DNA of 64,000 bases from Longimicrobiales bacterium (lineage in GTDB: Bacteria; Gemmatimonadota; Gemmatimonadetes; Longimicrobiales; Gaopeijiaceae), in the NCBI GenBank assembly GCA_965116905.1, contig OZ220732.1, positions 2,688,001 through 2,752,000 on the forward strand. The letters are read 5' to 3'. The stretch's first letter is position 1. Every line of letters starts with the position of its first letter. The position numbers and the translations under genes are program-made. This document shows positions 35,277 to 44,931 of this stretch, piece after piece. The notes below the pieces were generated by a model that saw only the letters and a program-made list of their open reading frames with translations, did no database searches and was not told the DNA's origin.

Positions 35277-36818
35277 TCAGGACCGCAACACCCAGAGGTC
35301 CTTGCAGCCGCCGCCCTGGCTCGAGTTCACCACAAGGCTGCCCTCGCGCAACGCCACACGGCACAGGCCGCCGGGGACCACGTTCTGACCATCCGCACCA
35401 TGCAACGTGAACGGCCTCAGGTCCACATGGCGAGGCTGCAGCGCGCCGTCGACGAAGCAGCCCGCCCTCGAGAGCGGGAGGACCGGCTGCGATATGTAGT
35501 TCGTGGGGTTCTCCCGGAGCCTGGCCGCAAACGCCTCGCGCTCGCGGCTGCTGGCGTGGGGTCCGACCAGCATGCCATAGCCCCCGGAACCGCCGACCTC
35601 CTTGACGACGAGGTCCCGGAGGTTGTCCAGCGTGAATTCAAGGCCCTCGGGTTCGCGGCACAGGTGCGTGTCCACGTTCGCCAGAATGGGCTCCTCGCCC
35701 AGGAAATAGCGGATGATCTGCGGCAGGAAGGCATACACGGCCTTGTCGTCCGCGACCCCCGTACCGGGGGCGTTCGCCAGCACCACATTCCCTGCGCGGT
35801 ATGCGTGAAACAGCCCGGGTGCGCCGAGCACCGAGTCCCTTCGGAAGGTGACGGGATCGACGAAATCGTCGTCGATGCGCCGATACAGAACGTCGATCCG
35901 GCGCAACCCCGAGGCCATCCGCGCGTACAAGGTGGCGTTGTGGACGACGAGGTCGCGTCCTTCTACCAGGTCGATGCCCATTTCGCCCGCGAGGAAAGCG
36001 TGCTCATAGTACGCCGAGTTGTATCGGCCGGGCGTGAGAATGGCCACGCGCGGCCGGGTGGTCGACGAACTCAGCGAGGCGAGCGCCGAATACAGTCGCT
36101 GCGGATATCCGGCCACCTCGCGAACCCCGTGTTCCCGATACAGGCCGGGTACCGAACGCTTGGTGGCCGCGCGACAAGCGAGCATGTAGGAGACGCCCGA
36201 GGGCACGCGTACGTTGTCCTCCAACACCGCGAATCCGGTGTCGGTGCGCACGATGTCCGTGCCGCCGACCGCGACGTAGACATCGTGGGGGACTTCCACG
36301 CCCCGCATCTCGACGCGGTACTGGGGGCACCCCAACACCAGGTCGGGCGGAACCACGCCGTCACGGAGCGACCGGCCCTCGTGGTAGATGTCCCGGAGGA
36401 AGAGGTTGATGGCGGTCAGGCGCTGCTTCAGCCCGGATTCGATGTGGTCCCACTCCGCGGCGGTGATGACGCGCGGTACGCAATCGATCGGGATGATGTG
36501 CTCCGAGACCTCGTCCGCCCCCAGCACGGTGAACGTGATCCCCTCGTGGAGGAAACGGCGGTAGACGCCTTCCTGCAGCTTGACCAGCTCTTCCGCGGGG
36601 AATCGGCCCAGGGCTTCGCTCAGCCGTCGGCAGGCGTCGCGGGGCCTGCCGTCGCCGCCGAACATCTCATCGTGGAAGCGGGGGTCGAGCGCGTATTCGG
36701 CAAACGCGCCCGACCCGGCGACGACCGTGCCGCTACTGCCTGCACCGCCGTCGCCGGACCGGGATCGCGGATCTCCCATTGTCGTATCAGTCGGGGTCCC
36801 TGTAGTCGCCGCCGTCAT
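35277..36818 (-). CDS. circularly permuted type 2 ATP-grasp protein
   Basis: VLEDNVRVPSGVSY, NSAYYEH, YRRIDDDF, GVADDKAVY, HVDLRPF and VVNSSQGGGCKD motifs. Alternative start 36779. Confidence 0.94.
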   Translation of the reverse strand: MTAATTGTPTDTTMGDPRSRSGDGGAGSSGTVVAGSGAFAEYALDPRFHDEMFGGDGRPRDACRRLSEALGRFPAEELVKLQEGVYRRFLHEGITFTVLGADEVSEHIIPIDCVPRVITAAEWDHIESGLKQRLTAINLFLRDIYHEGRSLRDGVVPPDLVLGCPQYRVEMRGVEVPHDVYVAVGGTDIVRTDTGFAVLEDNVRVPSGVSYMLACRAATKRSVPGLYREHGVREVAGYPQRLYSALASLSSSTTRPRVAILTPGRYNSAYYEHAFLAGEMGIDLVEGRDLVVHNATLYARMASGLRRIDVLYRRIDDDFVDPVTFRRDSVLGAPGLFHAYRAGNVVLANAPGTGVADDKAVYAFLPQIIRYFLGEEPILANVDTHLCREPEGLEFTLDNLRDLVVKEVGGSGGYGMLVGPHASSREREAFAARLRENPTNYISQPVLPLSRAGCFVDGALQPRHVDLRPFTLHGADGQNVVPGGLCRVALREGSLVVNSSQGGGCKDLWVLRS

Positions 36819-38205
36819 CGGGATCCGTCATCAGCACGAACTCGGGGTACGCATCGATCCCGAGCTCGGCAGCATCCTGTCCGATCTCCTCGACGCTGCG
36901 GGAGACCCGGACGCCGATCGTCTTATCGAGGACCGTCCACAACACGTACGAAACCGTGAAGACGAAAGCTCCGACCGCGACGATGCCGGTGAGCTGAACC
37001 ACGATGTCGCCGCCTGCGGCGATGGCGGTGGCCAGTGTTCCCCAGATGCCCGCGAACAGGTGAGCCGGCACCGCGCCGACCACGTCGTCGATTCTCCGCT
37101 GTTCCAGCAGCTTCAGGCCGGCGGTGCACACCAGGGCACCGATCGCCCCGATGAAGATGGCCCAGCGAGCGTCCACGAGATTGGGTCCGGCCGTGATCGC
37201 CACGAGTCCGGCGATCGCCCCATTGAGCCCGGCGAACAGATCCAGGCGTCCCAGGATCGGTTTCGACACGATGATTGCGGTCACCACGCCCGCGGCTGCC
37301 GCGAGGTTGGTGTTGACGAGCACATTGCTCATGGCAACCGCGTCGGCGGCGCTTCCGAGCGCCAGCTGGGAGCCGCCGTTGAACCCGAACCATCCCAGCC
37401 ACAGGATGAAGACGCCGAGTGTGACCGCGGGGATGTTCGATGGAGCGGTGATCTTGACCGACCCGTCCTTGCGGAACTTGCCCCAGCGCGGACCGACGAC
37501 GATGGCGCCGGCCAGAGCGGCCCAGCCTCCCGTGGAGTGCACGATGGTCGACCCGGCGAAGTCCGTGAAGCCAGCCGCATAGAGCCAGCCGCCGCCCCAG
37601 GTCCAGGCCCCGATGACCGGGTAGATGAAGGCGGTGAGCACCGCGGTGAACGCGAAGAACGCCCACAGGTTGACCCGCTCGGCCAGGGCTCCCGAGACAA
37701 TCGACGCGGTGGTCGCCACGAAGACCATCTGGAAGAACCAGTCCGACGTCACGGCATAGCCGTTCTCGATCACCGCGGCTGCGACGCTCTCGTCGCCACC
37801 CAGCAAGGCGATTTCATCGGCGGAAGGCCCGTAGAACCAGTCCAGCGAACCGACGAATCTGCCCACGTCGGTATACATCAGGCCGTAGCCGATGATGTAG
37901 TACGCGAGCCCGGCGATCGCGTAGAGCCCGATGTTCTTCAGGCAGATCACGGAGGCGTTCTTCGACCGAACCGAGCCGGACTCCAGCATGGTGAAGCCCG
38001 CGCACATCCACATCACCAGCGCACCCCAGACGAGGAACGAGAAGGTGTTGAGGACGAAGGCCGTATCCTGGCCCGCCGCTTCCTGGGCCGAGGCGACGGC
38101 GGGCCCCAACAGCTCGGCGAGAAGGAGGATTCCAAACGTCACGGCGATTCCGGGGACTCTGGAGGAGCAGCCGAGCATGCTCGGCGCGAACGTACGGAGG
38201 GTCAT
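36787..38205 (-). CDS. amtB: ammonium transporter
   Basis: FFQMVF, SGALAER, DFAGSTIVH, WFGFNGGS and DDVVGAVPAH (twin His) motifs. Start approximate. Confidence 0.95.
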   Translation of the reverse strand: MTLRTFAPSMLGCSSRVPGIAVTFGILLLAELLGPAVASAQEAAGQDTAFVLNTFSFLVWGALVMWMCAGFTMLESGSVRSKNASVICLKNIGLYAIAGLAYYIIGYGLMYTDVGRFVGSLDWFYGPSADEIALLGGDESVAAAVIENGYAVTSDWFFQMVFVATTASIVSGALAERVNLWAFFAFTAVLTAFIYPVIGAWTWGGGWLYAAGFTDFAGSTIVHSTGGWAALAGAIVVGPRWGKFRKDGSVKITAPSNIPAVTLGVFILWLGWFGFNGGSQLALGSAADAVAMSNVLVNTNLAAAAGVVTAIIVSKPILGRLDLFAGLNGAIAGLVAITAGPNLVDARWAIFIGAIGALVCTAGLKLLEQRRIDDVVGAVPAHLFAGIWGTLATAIAAGGDIVVQLTGIVAVGAFVFTVSYVLWTVLDKTIGVRVSRSVEEIGQDAAELGIDAYPEFVLMTDPDDGGDYRDPD

Positions 38206-38256
38206 GGTCTGTCCATTCGTCGGGAGGGAGCGGTGGGTCCTCGAAAGCACGGATCG

Positions 38257-38285
38257 ATCATGGGAGTGACTCAATCATGGGAGTG
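38257..38285. repeat. 12-bp direct repeat ATCATGGGAGTG (period 17) upstream of amtB
   Basis: Copies at 38257-38268 and 38274-38285. Confidence 0.7.
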
Positions 38286-38517
38286 CGGTCAAGGTATCGC
38301 CGGAAAACCGTCGCGCAAGGGGTTGAAACGAGGCCTGAGCGCAGGGTACGCTGTCCTTTTCTGACGTACCTGCGTTCCGGTTCTGTCCTGGGGTGTGCGG
38401 GTACACGGACAGAAATGAGGGCCACCGGGATCGAGGCTCGCGGATGGCCCTCGATCAACTCCCCACAACCGCGGATCCATGGGGATGCGTGTGGCCTCCG
38501 AATGTCGGGTAGAATCG

Positions 38518-38856
38518 CTACCCGGAGAAGCTCGCGCGCGCCTCGTCGGCCGTAGCGAAGACCTTGGTGAGCCGCACGAAGCCGCTGACCTCCAGTACCT
38601 CGCGGATGTGGTCCGGCACGGCGCATAGCGCCAGGCCGCCGCCGGCTTCGTTGGTCTTCCTGATCGCGATCAGCAAGACGCGCAGCCCGGCACTGCTGAT
38701 GTAGTTGAGCCCGCCGCAATCGACCACCAGGCTGCTCACCCCGCGGTCGATAATCGCGCTCAACTCCTCGTCGAAGTCCTTGGCATTCGCGGAATCGACT
38801 CGTCCGTCCACCACGGCGACGGCGGTGCTTCCGGAATAGCTGGTCTCCACATTCAT
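38518..38856 (-). CDS. STAS-domain anti-sigma-factor antagonist (RsbV-like)
   Basis: GRVDSANA, YISSAGLRVLL (phosphoacceptor Ser) and EVSGF motifs. Confidence 0.92.
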   Translation of the reverse strand: MNVETSYSGSTAVAVVDGRVDSANAKDFDEELSAIIDRGVSSLVVDCGGLNYISSAGLRVLLIAIRKTNEAGGGLALCAVPDHIREVLEVSGFVRLTKVFATADEARASFSG

Positions 38857-38875
38857 GTTTGGTTCCTCCCGGCGC

Positions 38876-39295
38876 CTACAGTGGCTGCACGAGGTTCAGG
38901 CGATTCCATCCGTCCACACGCTCGTAGCGGAGTCCATGGACGAACGCCTTGGTGAGGTGGATGCCGAGGCCGCCCACGCGGCGATCTTCGGCGGAAAGTC
39001 CCAGATCGGGCTCCGGTGCGTCAAGCAACGGGTTGAAGGGCCGTCCGTTGTCCTGAAGTACTGCTTCCAGCTGCGCGTCCGTAAGGCGCAGCCCCACGGT
39101 GATGATGGGATTGGACTCATCTTCGTCGAACGCATACGAAACCACATTGGTCAGAAGCTCGTCAAGGGCCAGCTGAAACTTGAATACCAGCCCCATCGGC
39201 AGTTCGTGGGCATTGGCGAAGCGCTCGAAACGCTCCACGGCACGCCGCGGCTCATCCTGGCCGAGCCCCACTTCCATCTCGAGCTTGACGTCCAC
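38876..39295 (-). CDS. anti-sigma factor / Ser kinase (RsbW-like)
   Basis: LALDELLTNVVSY, DNGRPFNP and GGLGIHL motifs. Confidence 0.9.
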   Translation of the reverse strand: MDVKLEMEVGLGQDEPRRAVERFERFANAHELPMGLVFKFQLALDELLTNVVSYAFDEDESNPIITVGLRLTDAQLEAVLQDNGRPFNPLLDAPEPDLGLSAEDRRVGGLGIHLTKAFVHGLRYERVDGWNRLNLVQPL

Positions 39296-39321
39296 TTAGC
39301 GGTCCCCTCGCGAGAGATGCT

Positions 39322-42225
39322 TCATCCGGACTTCAATTCAACACGATCCTGAAAGATACCGAAAACCCGCTCGCGCGCACTACCATACCCCTCTTCGAGG
39401 GTCTCGGGGCTGTCGTACTGGAGTGCGACCGCCAGTTTTTCGCGTAGCACGCCCGGTGCTTCATGAATCGTGATGCCTCCTTCGGAAGCCAGTCTCAACA
39501 TGTCTCCGATGGCGCGCTGCATGCGCGTGGCGTCGGCCAGTACCCGCGCCTCTTCGGTGCTGATCGCGTCGGCGGCAGCCAGGGTTTCGAAACAGTCGAG
39601 GGTCTCTCCAGAGGTGGTTCGGGGAATCTCGTGAGCATACCGCACGACAAGATACTGGGCAAGCAACCGCAGGTCCAGCAATCCCCCCGGCCCGTGAAGG
39701 AGGCCGAACGGATCGCGCTGAGGATCCGCCGAGCGGCGCTCGCGCATCTCGGCGACGTCTTCGGCGAGCTGTCCGGGATCGACCGGGCGGGAGAAGGCTT
39801 CACGAATACTCCGTTCGATGGCCTGCCGGAGCGGTTCGTCTCCACAGATCACCCGTGACCTGACGAGCGCCATCAGGTCGCGCCCCATCCGCGTCCTCCC
39901 GGTGCCGGAGAGCCGCGTCCGGAGCTCGGCGAGCGTGATCATCCGGGACGGACCGACGACGCTCCGGCGGCTCCGCTCCCGGATACGGTACAGCGAGCCA
40001 TGCTCGGCGTGGCGTTCCAGGGTGGAGAAGAGGCGGCCGGCGATTCTGTCGTAGTAGCGCGCGCCGTCCACATGATCGCGGGTGTCCGCGGAATCTCCGG
40101 CGGACGGAAAGTCCACGACCAGGACGAGATCGAGTGCCGAATCCCGTGTGAGTTCCCGGGCGCCCAGGTCACCCAGGGCCAGGACCGCGCAACGTCCTCC
40201 GGCGACCGTGCCGAGGCGTTGTCCGGTCTCCGCAATCGCCATCTGCAGGACCGTACTCGCGGCGATGTCCGCCAGATCGGAGCGGCACCTCAGGGCGTCC
40301 TCCGCGGTGACCAGATTCTGGAGCGTCTGAACGCCTGCCTGGAACCGGTGTTCACGCGTCCACGTCTCCAATACGCCCACGCGCTCGCGAAAGTCGTCCA
40401 AGCCATCCAGCCTCTCGGCAAGTGCCCTGTCCAGCGCCTCCCTGCCGGGCAGCGGGAGAAAGAAGGCGGGATCCAGAACGGCTTCAAGGATGCGAGGGTT
40501 GCGGCGCAGCGAATCCGCCAGCCGCGGTGCGCTTCCCATGACCACGGCGACCAGATTGAGCAGCCACGTGTTCGCCCTGACCATTGCGAAAAACGACATG
40601 TCGGCGGGCAGGGCGTGAAAGAACCGGTCGATCCGCGCCAGCGTGCGGTCGGGTTCGGGAGTGCGTCCCAGGGCGGCAATCAGCTCCGGAAGGACCGCTC
40701 GAACCGTGGCGCGCGCGCGGGTCGACGAGGTGGATGCGTGCCCTCCCTCGGCCCAGCTTCTGAAGATTTCCACGGCTTCCTGCGGCTTCCGGAATCCCTC
40801 TTCCCTCAACACAGGCTCCGGGCCGGAATCTCCGGCGGCCCCGTCGAGGACGAGTTCCGCGAGGCCTCGCTTCTTTTCGGGTGCCGTGAAGCGGGTTCGG
40901 AACAGCTGATGGACGCGCTCCATCGCTCGCTCGGCAATGACGGTCAGTTCGTCCGCCGATTCGATTCCGGCCAGGCAGGCCACGTTTTCGAGACCGCTTC
41001 TGGACGCGGGCAGCGCGCGGGTTGGCTGGTCGTTCACCATCTGAACGCGGTGCTCGAGGCGCCGCAGCGTCAGGTACGCGTCGCGCAGGTCGGCCGCTTC
41101 GCGGGGGAGGACGAGGTGCTCCCGTTCGATCGTGTCGAGCATGGACAGCACACCGGACCCCCTGAGGTGGCTGCTCCTCCCGCCGTAGGCCAACTGGTGC
41201 ATCAGGACGAAGAACTCGATCTCGCGGATGCCCCCGGGGCTAAGCGCCAGATCGAGTCCGCTGGCCCGGGGCGGACCGCGGCGCCGGAACCGGTGAATCT
41301 GCCGGCTTATCGAGTGAATGTCCTCGACGGAGTCGAAATCGAGTCCCTGTTCCCAGATGAAAGGACGGAGTTCACCCAGGAAACCGCTTCCCGCGGTGAC
41401 GTCGCCGGCCACCGGGCGCGCGTTGATCAGCGTCCCGCGCTCCCAAGTGCGCCCGGACCGCTGATAGTACTCGAGGGCGAATCGCCGACTGACCGCGAGC
41501 GGCGACGCCGGGGCGTCCGGCCGCAGGCGAAGGTCGGTCCTGAAGACGTATCCGTCCCGGGTCCGGGCCTGGAGGATGCGCGCCATGTCGCGGGTGACGC
41601 GGGCGAAGCAGTCCTCGGGAGACTTCGTTCCCGTGTATTCCACGACGTCCGGGTCGTACAGGGCGATCAGGGCAAGGTCCGGCGTGTAGCCCAGCTCCCT
41701 GGCACCGTGGCGGCCGGCCGCCAGCAGGAAGTATCCCCATCGGAATCTGCCCGGGGCTCCGTCCGGTTGTGCGAGTTCCCCACGCCGGACGCGATCGAGA
41801 AGCAGATGCTCCGTGGCGAGGTGCACGGCCCGGTCGGCCGTCTCGGACAGCGTCGCGGCGCACTGCGTGACGTCCCAGATCCCGTAGCAGTCACAGGCGG
41901 CGACGAGGGTCGCGATGCGGCTTCTCTGTCGCCTCAGCAGCCGCATCAACCGGTCGCGATTCATCGTCGGGTCGGCGGCGGCGAGCTCGCCCAGGACTTC
42001 GGCCGCGAGCGCCTGGGCGCCCTGCTCGGTGAGTGACTCGGCGAACTCCGTGTCCCGGTGCAACACGCGCGTCAGGTAGGGACTGTTGCCGAAGAGCAGG
42101 GAAAAGAAGGACCGGCCTGTTTCCTCTTCAAGGACCTCCAGCAATCGGTTCCGGTTGTCCCGGATGGCCAGGTCCCGCAATGCGGCGAGGCCGGAGGCGG
42201 CGGCTTTCGGCCGGTACTCCCGCAT
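39322..42225 (-). CDS. glnE: GlnE (GS adenylyltransferase/removase) homologue with degenerate catalytic motifs
   Basis: Full two-domain length (967 aa); DGYVFRTDLRLRP, YYQRSGRTWER, GGIREIEF and LRRLEHRVQM retained. DxD motifs read TPDLAL and DSALDL. Confidence 0.88.
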   Translation of the reverse strand: MREYRPKAAASGLAALRDLAIRDNRNRLLEVLEEETGRSFFSLLFGNSPYLTRVLHRDTEFAESLTEQGAQALAAEVLGELAAADPTMNRDRLMRLLRRQRSRIATLVAACDCYGIWDVTQCAATLSETADRAVHLATEHLLLDRVRRGELAQPDGAPGRFRWGYFLLAAGRHGARELGYTPDLALIALYDPDVVEYTGTKSPEDCFARVTRDMARILQARTRDGYVFRTDLRLRPDAPASPLAVSRRFALEYYQRSGRTWERGTLINARPVAGDVTAGSGFLGELRPFIWEQGLDFDSVEDIHSISRQIHRFRRRGPPRASGLDLALSPGGIREIEFFVLMHQLAYGGRSSHLRGSGVLSMLDTIEREHLVLPREAADLRDAYLTLRRLEHRVQMVNDQPTRALPASRSGLENVACLAGIESADELTVIAERAMERVHQLFRTRFTAPEKKRGLAELVLDGAAGDSGPEPVLREEGFRKPQEAVEIFRSWAEGGHASTSSTRARATVRAVLPELIAALGRTPEPDRTLARIDRFFHALPADMSFFAMVRANTWLLNLVAVVMGSAPRLADSLRRNPRILEAVLDPAFFLPLPGREALDRALAERLDGLDDFRERVGVLETWTREHRFQAGVQTLQNLVTAEDALRCRSDLADIAASTVLQMAIAETGQRLGTVAGGRCAVLALGDLGARELTRDSALDLVLVVDFPSAGDSADTRDHVDGARYYDRIAGRLFSTLERHAEHGSLYRIRERSRRSVVGPSRMITLAELRTRLSGTGRTRMGRDLMALVRSRVICGDEPLRQAIERSIREAFSRPVDPGQLAEDVAEMRERRSADPQRDPFGLLHGPGGLLDLRLLAQYLVVRYAHEIPRTTSGETLDCFETLAAADAISTEEARVLADATRMQRAIGDMLRLASEGGITIHEAPGVLREKLAVALQYDSPETLEEGYGSARERVFGIFQDRVELKSG

Positions 42226-42322
42226 CGCCGCGAACTCGGCGGTTCGGGCTGCTTCGGCAACGATGGTGACGTCTTGCGGGTCCAGGATGGCCCTCCGAGC
42301 GTGTCGAGCGTGTGCGGAAAGC

Positions 42323-42351
42323 TTGACGGGGCGTGATGGGCCGGGAACAAT
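42323..42351 (+). promoter_or_regulatory. candidate sigma70-type promoter in the glnE / PP2C divergent gap
   Basis: TTGACG-17 nt-AACAAT. Confidence 0.4.
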
Positions 42352-42553
42352 ACTGCCCTGCGGAAAACCCCCGGCCGAAACGTTCAGCCCAATCTACCTG
42401 CCCTGCCGTATGGGGTCCATCCGCACGGCGGACGCGGTAGGCAGACCGGTTCGCAGGGGTTAGACTATCGGAAAGGTTATTGCGACCGTGCGGGACGGCT
42501 CGCGCATACACTATGGACCGGCTGCTCCCGCCAGCCCACCCGGACCCGAGCCG

Positions 42554-43711
42554 ATGGCAAAGATCCTGGTCGTTGATGACGAGCCCGATCTGGAATTGCT
42601 GCTCCGTCAGAAATTTCGCCGCAAGGTGCGCAGCGGTGAGCTGACTCTGGTATTCGCCCAGAACGGCGTCGAAGCGCTCGAAAAGCTGGAGGCCCACCGG
42701 GATGTCGACATGGTCCTGTCCGACATCAACATGCCCCAGATGGACGGGCTCACGCTCCTGCATCAACTCAACCAGTTGAACTACGACCTCCGGGCGGTCA
42801 TCGTAACCGCTTACGGAGACATGAAGAACATCCGGACCGCGATGAACCGCGGGGCGTTCGACTTCGTCACGAAGCCCCTCGATTTCAAGGATCTGGAGAC
42901 GACGATCTCCAAGACGCTCGCGCACCTCGAGGTCATGCGGGACGCGTTGCGGTCCAGGGACGAACTGGTCGCTCTGCGGCAGGAACTGGGTGTGGCGGCC
43001 CGGATGCAGGAGTCGATTCTGCCGACCCGATTCCCCGAAGACCCCCGCTACGAGATCCATGCCTGGATGACGCCGGCCAAGGAGGTCGGGGGAGATTTCT
43101 ACGACTTCTTCAAGCTGGAGGACGGGCGCATCGGGATGGTCATGGCCGACGTATCGGGCAAGGGAGTGCCCGCAGCCCTTTTCATGATGGTTAGCCGCAC
43201 CCTGATGAAGGGGACGGCCATCGGCGAGAATGATCCGGCCAAGTGCCTTGCCGAAGTGAACCAGCTATTGGTGGAGTCGAACGAAGAGTCCATGTTCGTC
43301 ACCGTCTTCTACGCCAGCTTCGATCCCGTGACGGGCCGTCTCGACTTTGCCAACGCGGGCCACAATCTTCCGTACATCATGAAGGCCGGCGGGGAAGTCC
43401 AGCCGATCGACTGTGATTCGGGGCTGGTGCTTGCCGTGATGCCCGGCTTCGAGTTTCCCGGCGGATCCGTTCAGCTGGAGCCGGGTGATGCGGTCTTCTT
43501 CTACACGGACGGAATCACCGAGGCGATGGACAAGGACGGTGTGGAGTTCGGTGACGACGAACTCGCCAGGGTGCTGCACACGGTCACGGGACGGGACGCG
43601 GTGACGATCAATCGGGAGACCGTTCAAGCGGTTCAGGAACATGCGGGAGGCGCCGCCCAATCCGATGACATCACATGCCTGACTCTCCGTTACCTGAAGG
43701 ATCCGCAATAG
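42554..43711 (+). CDS. response-regulator receiver + PP2C/SpoIIE phosphatase (RsbU-like)
   Basis: KILVVDDE, LSDINMP and FVTKP in REC; VGGDFYD, ADVSGKG, YTDGITEA and DDIT in PP2C. Confidence 0.93.
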   Translation: MAKILVVDDEPDLELLLRQKFRRKVRSGELTLVFAQNGVEALEKLEAHRDVDMVLSDINMPQMDGLTLLHQLNQLNYDLRAVIVTAYGDMKNIRTAMNRGAFDFVTKPLDFKDLETTISKTLAHLEVMRDALRSRDELVALRQELGVAARMQESILPTRFPEDPRYEIHAWMTPAKEVGGDFYDFFKLEDGRIGMVMADVSGKGVPAALFMMVSRTLMKGTAIGENDPAKCLAEVNQLLVESNEESMFVTVFYASFDPVTGRLDFANAGHNLPYIMKAGGEVQPIDCDSGLVLAVMPGFEFPGGSVQLEPGDAVFFYTDGITEAMDKDGVEFGDDELARVLHTVTGRDAVTINRETVQAVQEHAGGAAQSDDITCLTLRYLKDPQ

Positions 43712-44931
43712 CCCCCAGGGGCGGTCCACCGGCCCCGGCCCCGGTCCCACCCCCGGTCCGGGCACTGGCGCGGGCGTGCGCACTGTTGCTGTGCGTGGTG
43801 GCGGGGGCTTCCGCGCAGCAGCCCGGCACCGGTGGCGACGGAGTCTTCGCCGATTCGATCGTGTTCGGCCAATCCGCTGCGCTGCGGGGTCCCGCGGGAG
43901 AACTCGGCAGGAACATGAATCTGGGGGTTCGTGTCGCGTTCGAGGAGGCGAATCGCGAGGGCGGCGTGCACGGGCGGTTGCTGAAGCTCATGCTCCGGGA
44001 CGACCGCTATGAGCCCGAGGCGGCCATCGCGAACACCAGGGAGCTCATCGCTCACGGGGTCTTCGCGCTGATCGGCGCGGTGGGCACGCCGACGTCCAGC
44101 CGGGCCGCGCCCATCGCCGAAGAGGCCAGGGTGCCGTATATCGGCGCCTTTACGGGTGCGGAACTGCTCAGGGGTGCGGACCAGCGCTACGTGGTCAACG
44201 TGCGCGCGTCGTACTACCAGGAAACGGATCAGATGGTCGAGCGTCTCACCCGGGACCTCGGATTCGAGCGGATTGCCATTCTCTACCAGGACGACAGCTA
44301 CGGCCTGGCCGGCTACACCGGTGTCCGCCAGGCCCTGAACAAGCGTCAGATGGCCCTCGTGGGTGAGGGCACCTACGTCCGCAACACGATGGCGGTCAAG
44401 CGCGCGCTCCTGGACATCCGCGAGGACAACCCGCAGGCCGTCATCATCATCGGAGCCTACCGCCCGGCGGCGCAGTTCATCATGTGGGCCCGCAAGATCG
44501 GGATGCGCGCCGTCTTCGTGAACATCTCGTTTGTTGGCAGCAACGCGCTCCTCAACGAACTCGGGCGGTCCGGAGACGGCGTGGTGGTGACCCAGGTGGT
44601 CCCCTTCCCGCGCGACACGTCGATTCCGGTCGTGGCGCAGTATCAGGCCGCCCTCCGCGAACTCGATCCGTCGGCCGAACCGGGGTTCGTGTCACTCGAG
44701 GGCTACCTGGCAGGACGGCTCGTGGTGCAGGTCCTGCGCGAAATCGGCGAGTCCGGCGAGGGTCCTCCGACCCGCGAGGACTTTCTGAGACGGCTCGAAG
44801 AGGCCGGCGCGATCGATCTGGGCGGCTTCACCGTTCAATACGCTCCGGGAGACAATCAGGGGTCCGACGCGGTCTTCCTGACGGTGATCCGGGAGGGCAG
44901 GTTCGTCTCCGTGAACCGACTGGCGCGATGA
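43675..44931 (+). CDS. periplasmic ligand-binding protein (Leu/Ile/Val-binding fold), no adjacent permease
   Basis: FGQSAALRGP, GGVHGR, DDRYEP, GAVGTPT and NVRASYYQE motifs; signal peptide. Confidence 0.85.
   Translation: MPDSPLPEGSAIAPRGGPPAPAPVPPPVRALARACALLLCVVAGASAQQPGTGGDGVFADSIVFGQSAALRGPAGELGRNMNLGVRVAFEEANREGGVHGRLLKLMLRDDRYEPEAAIANTRELIAHGVFALIGAVGTPTSSRAAPIAEEARVPYIGAFTGAELLRGADQRYVVNVRASYYQETDQMVERLTRDLGFERIAILYQDDSYGLAGYTGVRQALNKRQMALVGEGTYVRNTMAVKRALLDIREDNPQAVIIIGAYRPAAQFIMWARKIGMRAVFVNISFVGSNALLNELGRSGDGVVVTQVVPFPRDTSIPVVAQYQAALRELDPSAEPGFVSLEGYLAGRLVVQVLREIGESGEGPPTREDFLRRLEEAGAIDLGGFTVQYAPGDNQGSDAVFLTVIREGRFVSVNRLAR

Noticed and set aside
33341..38517. sigma54, NtrC or GlnR/TnrA boxes upstream of amtB and torF
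   Set aside because: No GG-N10-GC with TGGCAC context and no TGTNA-N7-TNACA at correct spacing were found.
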